A stretch of 50,913 nucleotides of DNA from contig DATNCR010000348.1 in the NCBI GenBank assembly GCA_035607135.1, forward strand, positions 1 to 50,913, in the 5' to 3' direction. This stretch comes from Nitrospiraceae bacterium. GTDB taxonomy: Bacteria > Nitrospirota > Nitrospiria > Nitrospirales > Nitrospiraceae. Positions within the stretch are counted from its first letter, which is position 1. Every line of letters begins with the position of its first letter. The translations under genes and the position numbers were made by a program. The notes beneath the pieces were generated by a model. The model made no database searches, had not been told where the DNA came from, and saw nothing but the letters and a program-made list of their open reading frames with translations. This document shows positions 36,641-45,506 of the stretch, in pieces.

Positions 36641-37161
36641 CTCTGCCTGTACGAGATGACTCGCGGCCTCAACGTTCGGGGGAACATTGTCCTATTGCCA
36701 TCCAGGCGTCACATTAATCTAGTTCAGACAGTCGCACTATCCATTAGACTATTGAAACTGAGGGGGGGAAACTACGGACGTCGATAAACAAACATAGATT
36801 TCATAGCGTTAGCTAGGGTTCATCCCAGGTGCAATGGAGAAGAGAAGGTGCAGTGACCTGATTACGATTCGTTTCCCTTGAAGGGTGCCCACTTGCCAGC
36901 ACCAGATGAACTGGTCAACCATAATCCACCGTGGGGCGCAATCGGTCGGATCAGTCGGACAATGGTTGCCGCGATACGCAGGGCAGACACCCTTCTATCT
37001 TGAATTGATCGACTCGTTGCCTATGGTACGGACGTCTTGCGTATCGGCGGATCATTCAGGAATTTCCCGATGACGTTGTGCCCGTGCCCGCAATACCTGG
37101 AATGAGAGACTGGGAGCGGTGAAGCAGTGCCGTTGGTCATTCGATGGCATTGCTGAGAAGT

Positions 37162-38079
37162 CTACATCACATCATATGGGTTCACACCCCAACAACTGTC
37201 AATCACTTCGATCTGGCCCACACGACCATAGGTATGCGTCCCTCTTAGGTGGCGACTCCATGTCGGTTCGAAGGTGGCTAGCCGTTGATGCACAATTCGC
37301 TTCGGGTCGAGTTGGATGATTTCATCGAGCGAGAAGGAATACCCGTACACAGGAATTCCGCATTGAGTCGGACGGATGAGCCGGCCATCGACACGGATAA
37401 TTGGCCCGGCGCCGCGCCCCTTACCCGGAGGATACAGGGGGCTGACTGGATGCGGTTCCCACGGTCCCGCCAGATCGTCCGCCATAAATACATGCGTATA
37501 ACCATCGCGAGTCCCCTGCTCGGGCAACGTCGTGAAAAAATACCAGCGCCCTTCAAACTCCAAGGGCGTCGTATCATAGCCTGCATGATCAAAGAGCACT
37601 TTGTGAAGACGCCATTGAAACGGAAACCTCACTGATCGATACAGCTCGATCGTGTGATGTTCGGCTGTTTCCGGCAACATATAGATGTCGTCCTTATGGC
37701 GGAAGACCAGTGGATATGACACATGATAGGGCCTGGTGAGCACAGGCATAAAGCCATCGACGCTGCCATCCTCCGACAGTTCTGCGGCGAGAATGGTCTG
37801 TGCTCTATTGGTTGCGTGCAGGTAATCTTCCACAAAAAGCCAGATTCGCCCTTCATGCTCAAACAGCATCGGATCGGCATAGAAATGCCCCCTCGGCGAG
37901 TCGATCCACCGGAATGCCGATAGGGCCTGAAGTCCATCATCTAAGAGTGAGGTCTTCGAGACCCGAAGGCCCACACGCCAATGATGAAGGGAATGTCGGA
38001 GCGAATGGAGGACGGTTTGCGAGAGTAGCTTTTTAACAAAGCGCTCGCCTGTCTTAAGCCGTGTACTCATCCAGTGCAT
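37162..38079 (-). CDS. Hypothetical protein with a GH43-like 5-bladed beta-propeller / GINT1-N-terminal-like signature
   Basis: FYADPMLFEHEGRIWLFVEDY...YHVSYPLVFRHKDDIYMLPE...EGRWYFFTT...GPWEPHPVSP. The repeated hydrophobic-aromatic blades resemble proteins annotated as the glucosamine inositolphosphorylceramide transferase family. This is recalled from memory, not verified. Confidence 0.4.
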   Translation of the reverse strand: MHWMSTRLKTGERFVKKLLSQTVLHSLRHSLHHWRVGLRVSKTSLLDDGLQALSAFRWIDSPRGHFYADPMLFEHEGRIWLFVEDYLHATNRAQTILAAELSEDGSVDGFMPVLTRPYHVSYPLVFRHKDDIYMLPETAEHHTIELYRSVRFPFQWRLHKVLFDHAGYDTTPLEFEGRWYFFTTLPEQGTRDGYTHVFMADDLAGPWEPHPVSPLYPPGKGRGAGPIIRVDGRLIRPTQCGIPVYGYSFSLDEIIQLDPKRIVHQRLATFEPTWSRHLRGTHTYGRVGQIEVIDSCWGVNPYDVM

Positions 38080-38358
38080 GTGACCCTCATCTGCTTTCCA
38101 TATGGCTTATGTACAGAGGCGATCAGACTGTATTTCACAAATATGCTCAATCCACGATCTTTGGTCTCAGGTACATGCCGGCACTGAATGGTTCGCTTTT
38201 TCTCTCTCAACTATCAAGCCAGCGATGACCGCAGGCAAAATACCATCCTCGCCTCGCAGAGTCGCATGCGAGGCCCCAGCTCGTAGATCCGTTTTGATGT
38301 CCCATTGTCGGCGCTAAATCGGAGCGGAATGACTAGTAAATACCCGAGTATAAGTCGT

Positions 38359-38378
38359 TCTTAACCCCTCTTAACCCT
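38359..38378. repeat. Tandem 10-bp direct repeat TCTTAACCC(C/T) x2 in a divergent promoter region
   Basis: TCTTAACCCC TCTTAACCCT read directly. The 10-mer CTTAACCCTT recurs at 48823-48832, upstream of the porin gene. Confidence 0.5.
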
Positions 38379-38523
38379 TTGAAACCGATACAGACAGGTC
38401 ATCGACACAGCCCGAGCAATCAACAAAACTAGGGATTTTCCTAATTACCTCCATGAGAGCACTTAGTGCTATTGGACTATAGCGTTCGGAAATCCGACTC
38501 CACATCCCACTCACGAGTATCCG

Positions 38524-38877
38524 ATGCACATATCGGCAGTCATTGTTTTGAGGTGTGTCTGTCTTCTCATCTTTCCCTTCCTAGGAGTGTTGGGATGCGG
38601 TGGGGAGGGTGGATCTGGAGACGCACCCATTGTCGCACCGCCTGGAGCAACGGCGACCCTATCATGGGATGCAATGCCCGGCTCCACTGTTTTGGGATAC
38701 AAGATTTACTGGGGAACTTCTTCGCATAAGTATCAAGCAAGCACAGATGTGGGCCAAAATACCAGTCACACGTTTTCCAACCTTCAGCACAACACCGAAT
38801 ATTTTTTTGCAGTAACTGCGTATAACTCCGGCGGGGAGAGTTCGTTTTCAACTGAAGTGACCTGGCTTCTTCATTAA
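38524..38877 (+). CDS. Small fibronectin type III domain lipoprotein
   Basis: Lipobox LGVLGC. LSWDAMPGSTVLGYKIYWGTS...TSHTFSNLQHNTEYFFAVTAYNSGGESSFS is a textbook FN3 strand pattern. Confidence 0.75.
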   Translation: MHISAVIVLRCVCLLIFPFLGVLGCGGEGGSGDAPIVAPPGATATLSWDAMPGSTVLGYKIYWGTSSHKYQASTDVGQNTSHTFSNLQHNTEYFFAVTAYNSGGESSFSTEVTWLLH

Positions 38878-38996
38878 GTTCACACTGGATGTCCTGTTCG
38901 CCAGACTTTAATTTTCGATCGCGAGCTTCGACATGAGAAAGGAATGGCATAAATCAGCGGACACCATGGCCGGCTTGTAGCTTCTGAATAGACGCG

Positions 38997-40715
38997 ATGG
39001 CCTATATGGCACTTACACTCTGCATGATTCCTCTTGCGCGAACCGTATTGCTCTCTCTGATGTGCCTCCTGTCTGGTTGTATCTCTCTAGTTCAGGGATC
39101 GAAAATGCCCATCGTGGTCGGAGAAATTGAATTCGATCCGCCGACAATCCACACCGTTGGTCTCAGTCTCCAGATTCTGGAAGGCGGCAATACATCCACG
39201 GCTACGGTTCACGTTGCGTATCGACGAATCGGGTCATTCAGATGGATAGAGGCCTTTCCGCTGCAGCGTGTGCGGACCGACATGCTATCCGCGGTCGTCC
39301 GGACTCCATTTCCGATCGCCGAACAATTCGCCGGCAGCATCTTCGACCTGAATGCCAATGACGGCTATGAGGTGAAACTTCTGATCAGCGAAGGGGACGG
39401 TCGCCGGACGTTGAGAACGGGAACGATCCATACTAGAGCGGAGCCCCCTGATAACCCGGCCAACCCGCATATGGTGGCCGTAGATTCAGACCGGACTTTG
39501 GCCGAAGCACTCTCTAGCGCAAACCCCGGAGACGTCATTACGCTCCGAGCCGGTACATATACATGGCCGATTACCCTTGATCGTAACGGGACGGTGGAGA
39601 ATCCGATCATCGTCAGAGGGACGAGCCCTGATCGCACCGTCCTTGAGGCGATCGGCGCGCCGCACGGTGTCGTGATTTTAGCGTCTCACGTGGTGATCGA
39701 AGACATGACGATCAGAGGGAGTGTCTGGGGTATTCGAATCGATGATGCTGATGACGTGGTCGTTCGACATACGATCATCGAGGAGGTTCAATACGGGATC
39801 GATGGGCGAAGTGGCCTGAACAGAAATTTTTATCTCTGCGACAATGTTCTGGAAGGGAACGGCGTAAACTGGCCGGATACCAGTTCACGCACATGGAATT
39901 ATGAAGGCATTGTCGTCACCGGCACCGGGCATGTCATCTGTCACAATACTCTTTCGGGATTCGGCGATGCACTCGGCCTCTCGGAGCCGACCGTGATCCC
40001 GAATCGGGCCATCGATTTCTATGGAAACGATGTCTTATGGGGTGGGGACGACGGGATTGAACTCGATTACACTGAGCGCAATGTCCGGGCGTTTCGCAAT
40101 CGCCTGGGCAATGTCGGGATGGGCATCAGTTTCCAGCCAATCTGGGGAGGGCCCGCCTATGCATTCAGAAATGTCATTTACAACACAGCAAATGCGCCCT
40201 ACAAACTCAACCAGGACCCCAGCGGATTCCATATTTGTCATAACACGTCGATCCGCTCAGGATGGGCCTGGACTCAGTATGGCACCTTCGCATCTAATTT
40301 CTTTTTCTACAATAATTTGACGGTCGGCACGTACAACGGCGTCGATATGACTCCGGTCATCCAATTGGCCCACATCGATTACAATGGCTGGAGTCCGGAC
40401 GGACAATTCAAATTCACTCAGGGATGGAACGGGTTTAAGACACTGCAAGAACAATCTCCCTATGAACACCATGGCATTCTATTAACTCAGCCGATATTCG
40501 AACATACGATCTCAATCCCACCATTATTCGCGGCATTCATGCCACCTATTGACGACGCCGGTCTCCATGATCGAAGTAATGCCGTGGATGCTGGCATGCT
40601 TGCGCCGAATATCAACGATCACTATACGGGCCACGCTCCTGATCTAGGTGCCATCGAACGCGATCACGCTAAAATTCAGTATGGAGTACGCAGAAGCCAT
40701 ACGAGTGTTCACTAG
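38997..40715 (+). CDS. Right-handed beta-helix lipoprotein (putative polysaccharide lyase or hydrolase)
   Basis: Lipobox LLSGC. LAEALSSANPGDVITLRAGTYTWPITL is the cap motif. Repeated beta-helix turns occur (VIEDMTIRGSVWGIRIDD, VVRHTIIEEVQYGID, YLCDNVLEGNG, ICHNTLSGFGD, AFRNRLGNVGMGIS, AFRNVIYNT). Confidence 0.7.
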   Translation: MAYMALTLCMIPLARTVLLSLMCLLSGCISLVQGSKMPIVVGEIEFDPPTIHTVGLSLQILEGGNTSTATVHVAYRRIGSFRWIEAFPLQRVRTDMLSAVVRTPFPIAEQFAGSIFDLNANDGYEVKLLISEGDGRRTLRTGTIHTRAEPPDNPANPHMVAVDSDRTLAEALSSANPGDVITLRAGTYTWPITLDRNGTVENPIIVRGTSPDRTVLEAIGAPHGVVILASHVVIEDMTIRGSVWGIRIDDADDVVVRHTIIEEVQYGIDGRSGLNRNFYLCDNVLEGNGVNWPDTSSRTWNYEGIVVTGTGHVICHNTLSGFGDALGLSEPTVIPNRAIDFYGNDVLWGGDDGIELDYTERNVRAFRNRLGNVGMGISFQPIWGGPAYAFRNVIYNTANAPYKLNQDPSGFHICHNTSIRSGWAWTQYGTFASNFFFYNNLTVGTYNGVDMTPVIQLAHIDYNGWSPDGQFKFTQGWNGFKTLQEQSPYEHHGILLTQPIFEHTISIPPLFAAFMPPIDDAGLHDRSNAVDAGMLAPNINDHYTGHAPDLGAIERDHAKIQYGVRRSHTSVH

Positions 40716-41107
40716 GTCAGTATGTGGTGGATTGTTAAACAGCCATAGGAAAATAGGTCTGATGTGGAAAGGCCAGGAAATGTTATTGAAAGCGATTGTC
40801 GATCAGACACAGAGCATCTCTGCAATTCAAGGCGGAGTCTACTGCGTTGTGTATTCGTCGAGCAGTATAAGGGCACAGTCCCTGGACACAACAGGCGCTG
40901 CAGGTATGGTAGACCTTCTGCAAAACGGGAAGTCATGGTTCAAAAAAAACCGTTCTCAGTTGTGGAGTACGAACGAATCCGCTAAGGTCTTCTCCAACAG
41001 GCTGTGTACCCGAATCCTATAATGTCATCGCCGCGGTTTTCCTGCATGTTCATGACGACCGGCACGATATCCAGGGTAGATTTATCCATGCTGATCGAGG
41101 CTAGCCA

Positions 41108-42208
41108 GTGAAGCAGATTGATCTGATTGCAGGTGCGCGGCCCAATTTCATGAAGATTGCGCCAATTATCGATGCCTTACACGCCGCCAGGACGCGAGGC
41201 AGTGCGTTGTATTTTCGTCTGATCCATACAGGCCAACATTACGATCGCGCCATGTCCGGAAGCTTCTTCGAGGACCTCGGAATCCCTGATCCGGACATCA
41301 ATCTGGAAGTGGGCTCGGGTACTCAAGCCGAACAAACTGCCGCCATCATGGTGAACTATGAAAAGGTCCTGCTCAAGCAGAAGAGCGACCTGTGCTTGGT
41401 CGTGGGGGATGTCACCTCGACCATGGCCTGTTCCATCGTCGCGCGAAAGCTGGGAGTGCCGGTGGCACATGTGGAAGGCGGCATACGTTCAGGCGACTGG
41501 ACCATGCCCGAGGAAATAAACCGGGTGGTAACTGACTCCATCACGAACTGGTTCTTCACCACTAGCCAAACCGCCAATGACAATCTGCGCCGCGCCAGTG
41601 TCTCTGACGATCGCATCTTTTTCGTTGGCAATACGATGATTGACACCCTGCTCAAGCAGTTGCCGCGCTTGCGCCCGCCAGCCTGTTGGGGATCGCTGAA
41701 TCTCACACCACGCAATTACTTCGTCATCACCTTGCATCGCCCAGCAAATGTGGATGAAGCCCATCAATTACTCCACCTACTGCATGCCATCGTTGAAGGC
41801 ACGCGCGGCTTGCCGGTCGTGTTTCCCGTCCATCCTCGCACCGCCAAGAACCTACGCGATCTCGACAGCAAGATGCCGCAGCTGAATTATGTCGATCCCC
41901 TCGGCTACTTAGAATTCAACTACCTGGTGAAACATGCCCGGGGCGTCATCACTGATTCTGGCGGCATCACAGAGGAAACGACCGTACTTGGGATACCCTG
42001 CATGACCCTGCGTGACAATACCGAGCGCCCCGAGACCATCACGATTGGAACCAACGAACTGATCGGAACTGATCCAAGCAAGCTGGCACCTGCGCTGGCA
42101 CGATTGATGGCGGGGCAGTGGAAAACTGGGGCCATTCCTCCGAAATGGGACGGCAAGGCAGCAGAGCGGATTGTCCAGCATCTTGAACGCTTACTGCTAT
42201 TGAAATAG
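41108..42208 (+). CDS. wecB: UDP-N-acetylglucosamine 2-epimerase (non-hydrolysing)
   Basis: GARPNFMKIAPI...IHTGQHYD...VVGDVTSTMAC...HVEGGIRS...VTDSGGITEETTVLGIPCMTLRDNTERPE. GTG start. Confidence 0.92.
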   Translation: MKQIDLIAGARPNFMKIAPIIDALHAARTRGSALYFRLIHTGQHYDRAMSGSFFEDLGIPDPDINLEVGSGTQAEQTAAIMVNYEKVLLKQKSDLCLVVGDVTSTMACSIVARKLGVPVAHVEGGIRSGDWTMPEEINRVVTDSITNWFFTTSQTANDNLRRASVSDDRIFFVGNTMIDTLLKQLPRLRPPACWGSLNLTPRNYFVITLHRPANVDEAHQLLHLLHAIVEGTRGLPVVFPVHPRTAKNLRDLDSKMPQLNYVDPLGYLEFNYLVKHARGVITDSGGITEETTVLGIPCMTLRDNTERPETITIGTNELIGTDPSKLAPALARLMAGQWKTGAIPPKWDGKAAERIVQHLERLLLLK

Positions 42209-42449
42209 CCTGACTCGCACACTTCATACGTACTGCCGTATGGCTCACCGAATACTGCTTTTGATCGAGGCAGATCTCTCTGAACGGTTTACGGCGTGAG
42301 AAAAACCGTTGGGTTAACAGATACGGTTCATTGACCGCAAGGTTTTGAGGGCTGACATCGGTGCCGCACACCTCGCAGTGTGATCAAAAAGGCGGCGTTT
42401 TTACCCGCCCAACCCAGAGGCGAGAAGATACCCCCCACATTTCGTGTGA

Positions 42450-42482
42450 CCGTTCGCCTTTGCAATGGGGCCTGGCGAACGG
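42450..42482. repeat. 9-bp perfect inverted repeat CCGTTCGCC / GGCGAACGG with a 15-nt loop
   Basis: Read directly. The right arm can alternatively pair with the downstream GTTCG (CGAAC-GGA-GTTCG), giving mutually exclusive hairpins. Confidence 0.5.
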
Positions 42483-42609
42483 AGTTCGAACAGCGGGCCG
42501 CTCACTCAACCGTCGATGTCCACTAAACCGGGGGAAGTCCAGTTTTGGGAACAAGCAGAGGTGGCAGCAATAATCACTCTCGCGAACCTCCTACCCTCAG
42601 GCGGGTCCC

Positions 42610-42638
42610 TTGACACCTTCTCACAGTCGGCCTAGCCT
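42610..42638 (+). promoter_or_regulatory. Candidate sigma-70 promoter for the cupredoxin gene
   Basis: TTGACA (42610-42615), a 17-nt spacer, then TAGCCT (42633-42638), about 75 nt upstream of the ATG at 42714, which itself has AGGAGG 8 nt upstream. Confidence 0.35.
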
Positions 42639-42713
42639 ACGTATGCAAGCAACGTCTTACAACATGGAGCAAGTAGATCGGACAGGGCAATCTTTAGCAA
42701 GGAGGGATGAGTT

Positions 42714-43235
42714 ATGCGTTGCGTTACCGTCATAACCGGGATCGTTGCCACACTCGCCTTCGCTGGGACGGCGAGCGCCGGGTCGATTGAGGACAAGGCG
42801 CAAGAGAAATTTGTTTCGGCCCAATCAAGAGGTGTTGATGTGGCCATTGATATCAGCGAGAAAGCCTTTCAGATCACAAAAGGGGGAACGGAGCGTGGTT
42901 TTACTCTCATGGCCGGGTCGCCGACCGTCATCCAACTTCGCAACAGGGATGACGTAACGCATGAGTTTGTATCCACACTATTCCACGATGTCCCGTTCCG
43001 CATTTCGGGCAACGCCACGCTCATCAAGACAGCACGAGCATCCGGAGTGCGCCTCGATCCAGGGCAAACGGTGACCCTTGAGTTCAATGCCCCGCTGGCT
43101 AAGGAGGACCAATTTGGCGCCGTGGAATCCAGCTATGATGTCTTCTGGTGCAACGTCCATGGAAAGGATCATGGACATAAGATGCGCGGGGAATTGCTGA
43201 TCCTAGAAACCAGGGGTGAGATCGGCGGTGGATAA
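42714..43235 (+). CDS. Periplasmic cupredoxin-like (type-1-copper-like) protein, paralog 1
   Basis: Signal peptide ...ATLAFAGTASA. Candidate ligand set: His in VTHEFVS, then FWCNVHGKDHGHKMRGELLILE (Cys-x2-His-x7-Met), as in Cupredoxin_1-type domains. Confidence 0.6.
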   Translation: MRCVTVITGIVATLAFAGTASAGSIEDKAQEKFVSAQSRGVDVAIDISEKAFQITKGGTERGFTLMAGSPTVIQLRNRDDVTHEFVSTLFHDVPFRISGNATLIKTARASGVRLDPGQTVTLEFNAPLAKEDQFGAVESSYDVFWCNVHGKDHGHKMRGELLILETRGEIGGG

Positions 43236-43323
43236 TGTCATGAAGGCTCAGGTCATCGTACCCCGGGTGGTTTGATCGGTTTGTCCAACTCGATTCCCTT
43301 GACGCTTCTGACTGCTTCGTCTG

Positions 43324-43347
43324 TCCCTCTGGTCAACCTCAGAGGGA
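43324..43347 (+). terminator. Hairpin between the two cupredoxin genes (possible partial terminator)
   Basis: TCCCTCTG-GTCAACCT-CAGAGGGA, an 8-bp perfect stem, followed within 10 nt by CATTTTAT. Confidence 0.35.
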
Positions 43348-43474
43348 AACTGCTCATTTTATGATCGAACCCTTTCTCTGACAAGAATGGCTGGTACAAT
43401 ACAGCGGCGAGACAAACCAGAGCCGGACTCTTCACCACGGAATGCGTTCGTAACAACAAGGAAGAGGCGAACAC

Positions 43475-43963
43475 GTGCTATCACGATGGCCATTGACGGT
43501 GTTAGTGATCCCGCTCGCGCTAGGGCTAGGGATGGGTGGAATAGGTTCGGCCGAGGAGTCGCTGTATGACCCCGATGTGGTCCTTGTGATGAAGGACAAA
43601 GGTTTTCACGTGATCAAAGGTGCACAATCAGGGAATACGCTGTCTAAGCCAGCCTTCTCGTTACCAGTCGGGAGGGATCTCGTCATCCAGCTCAACAATG
43701 AGGACGAGGTGGCGCATGAGTTCGTCTCGCCATTGCTCATGAAGGCGGAGGACCTTCAGATCTCAGGCCGGGCGACCCTCGTGTATACCCATACCGCCTT
43801 CGGGGTTCGGGTTGAGCCGCACGACAGCGTGATGCTTCGCTTTGATATCCCGGACGCCGGCTTTGATCAGTTTCATTTTTGGTGCAATATCCATGGGAAG
43901 TTTGTTGGTGACACCATGCGAGGGGAGATCTTTATCCTGAATGCGAAACCATCATCCAAGTAA
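43475..43963 (+). CDS. Periplasmic cupredoxin-like protein, paralog 2
   Basis: GTG start preceded by AAGGAAGAGG, then a signal peptide. VAHEFVS...FWCNIHGKFVGDTMRGEIFIL has the same His / Cys-x2-His-x7-Met spacing as paralog 1. Confidence 0.6.
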   Translation: MLSRWPLTVLVIPLALGLGMGGIGSAEESLYDPDVVLVMKDKGFHVIKGAQSGNTLSKPAFSLPVGRDLVIQLNNEDEVAHEFVSPLLMKAEDLQISGRATLVYTHTAFGVRVEPHDSVMLRFDIPDAGFDQFHFWCNIHGKFVGDTMRGEIFILNAKPSSK

Positions 43964-44092
43964 CCGGACTTCGAGACGTGCGAGTGCGGATTGGCAGAAT
44001 AGAGGAAGTCAGGAAACAGGACGGAGTGTGATGGATGCCATGGCACCGATGACGATGTGCTTGTCTGAAGCAGGTTCTGCCTCAGAGCGCTG

Positions 44093-44689
44093 ATGAAGAG
44101 GCTTACCATGTTCAAGAGAACAACAGGACGGATCCTTGGTGGACTCTGTGCCGTCATGGTTGCCGGTGTCGCAGTCGATGCCGCGCAGGCGGGCGAGACG
44201 GCGGGCATTCCACCTGAAATGGTGGCAGAGTACATTCATGCGGTCGTTCAGGCCGATCGGACCCTCTATTCCACCCATGTCGTGGAGCGGCTGCACGAAC
44301 TCAAAATCCCTGTCGCGGTGGAAGAATGGAAAGCGAGGGGGACGTTGCCTCTTCCCGCGCAAATGCTACAGATGGCTGGTCAAGAAATTCAGGGGCTCGG
44401 ACTCGGACTTCGCATCCGGTTGGCCAGCCTGGGGCCAATTTACAAAAAAAACGGGCCTGCGGATCAGTTCGAACGGGCGGGCCTGGAAGCGGTGGCAAAG
44501 AATCCCAGGAAGCCCTATACGGGAATCATTACCGAAGGTGACAAACGTTTTTTTAAGGCGATATTTGCGGACCGGGCCGTTTCCATCACCTGTGTCGCCT
44601 GCCATAACAGCCATGAGCTGAGCACAAAACGGGATTACAAGCTCTACGATGTGATGGGAGGAATTATCATTTCGTTTCCAGTCCAATAA
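44093..44689 (+). CDS. Periplasmic c-type haem protein, DUF3365 (Tll0287-like) family
   Basis: Signal peptide ...VAGVAVDAAQA, a single CxxCH motif (CVACH), and an MVAEYIHAVVQADRTLYSTHVV region typical of DUF3365. Confidence 0.62.
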   Translation: MKRLTMFKRTTGRILGGLCAVMVAGVAVDAAQAGETAGIPPEMVAEYIHAVVQADRTLYSTHVVERLHELKIPVAVEEWKARGTLPLPAQMLQMAGQEIQGLGLGLRIRLASLGPIYKKNGPADQFERAGLEAVAKNPRKPYTGIITEGDKRFFKAIFADRAVSITCVACHNSHELSTKRDYKLYDVMGGIIISFPVQ

Positions 44690-44712
44690 TCCCATTCCGC
44701 GCATACCGTAAT

Positions 44713-44734
44713 GTCCTGGTGTCTCCACCGGGAC
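44713..44734. terminator. Stem-loop between convergent genes (possible bidirectional terminator, no U-tract)
   Basis: GTCCTGGTG-TCTC-CACCGGGAC, a 9-bp stem (one G-U pair) with a tetraloop. It lies 24 nt after the stop at 44689 and 57 nt after the sodC stop. Confidence 0.3.
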
Positions 44735-44790
44735 TCGAGGAAGAAACCGGACACCTCGACCATTATCGGCTCAGCGAGTTCACATACAAA

Positions 44791-45318
44791 TCAGGGGGCT
44801 TGAATGACGCCACAAGCCCAACGTATCCCTCCACCGCCCAATGGAGCCGGTTGATCCGCGTAATTATCTCCTCCTGCATGGATCATGAGCGCGCGGCCCA
44901 TAAGGTCGGCCATCTTCACACGTGGTGCCAATACAGGACTGGCATTGCCATTTGCATCAGCAGACAATGCAGGCAAATCCCCAAGGTGACCGTCGCGCCA
45001 GGGCGCACTATGGCGTTTGCTGCCTGCTGGATCATAGTGGCCGCCAGCAGCTAATGCAGGCATTTTTTTGCCGTCTTTTTCCTTCGGCTCGCAACTCGGG
45101 TTTTCATGCACATGGAACCCATGTAACCCCGGTGGTAGACCGGTGATGGCGGGGCTGAACTCGAGGCCGTATTGCGTTTCACTGATTGTGACTTGCCCAA
45201 TCCCTTTGCCGACACCATTCTCATCAACAAGATTCATCTGAACCCCAGTATCTGCTTGTGCAGCAGCACTTACAGACAGTGCGCACAGGAACAAAAAAAA
45301 TGGAATCTGCTTTTTCAT
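44791..45318 (-). CDS. sodC: Periplasmic Cu/Zn superoxide dismutase
   Basis: Signal peptide [22 protein letters not shown], then GFHVHE, GGHYDP, GDLP, HAGGDNY and [12 protein letters not shown] motifs. The 30-aa upstream extension in the ORF track is not needed. Confidence 0.95.
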   Translation of the reverse strand: MKKQIPFFLFLCALSVSAAAQADTGVQMNLVDENGVGKGIGQVTISETQYGLEFSPAITGLPPGLHGFHVHENPSCEPKEKDGKKMPALAAGGHYDPAGSKRHSAPWRDGHLGDLPALSADANGNASPVLAPRVKMADLMGRALMIHAGGDNYADQPAPLGGGGIRWACGVIQAP

Positions 45319-45506
45319 GGCGTTCCTCCGTTTTGTCCAATCTGTTTCATGATGAACTGCCCTGTCGATGAGCGCGCATATTCTCCTGAATTCAAAATCG
45401 CATGTCACTGGGACACTATCGGAATTATTTGTTTTTGAGCCAGCGGAAACGCTAGATAGGTGATGGGGAGGGCTGACTCTATCCTCGAAAGGTATTTCCC
45501 TGATCC

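Noticed and set aside
36882-36896. Sigma-54-like element aGG-N9-TTGC (AGGGTGCCCACTTGC)
   Set aside because: It is on the plus strand, pointing away from the EPS operon and into the 3' end of a minus-strand gene. It has a poor match outside the GG/TTGC core. No equivalent was found on the minus strand.
36641-37161. Search for an RfaH-type ops / JUMPstart element (GGCGGTAG) in the operon leader
   Set aside because: The motif is not present on either strand. The absence is reported as part of a finding, and no ops feature is called.
42474-42495. tRNA-like T-loop sequence (GAGTTCGAAC) suggesting a tRNA or tmRNA fragment
   Set aside because: I could not build an acceptor stem, D-arm or anticodon arm from the flanking sequence. 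The motif is better explained as part of the local inverted repeats.
44791-45408. Long ORF-track models with N-terminal extensions: sodC to 45408, flippase to 24855, GT4 to 29239, tatA to 49734, methyltransferase to 10993, beta-helix to 12650
   Set aside because: The extensions lack homology-like sequence, are Arg-rich, or overlap the upstream gene extensively. Internal starts give canonical N-termini (signal peptides, MFGSFG, MKFVTLF) and usually have better RBS or ATGA coupling.
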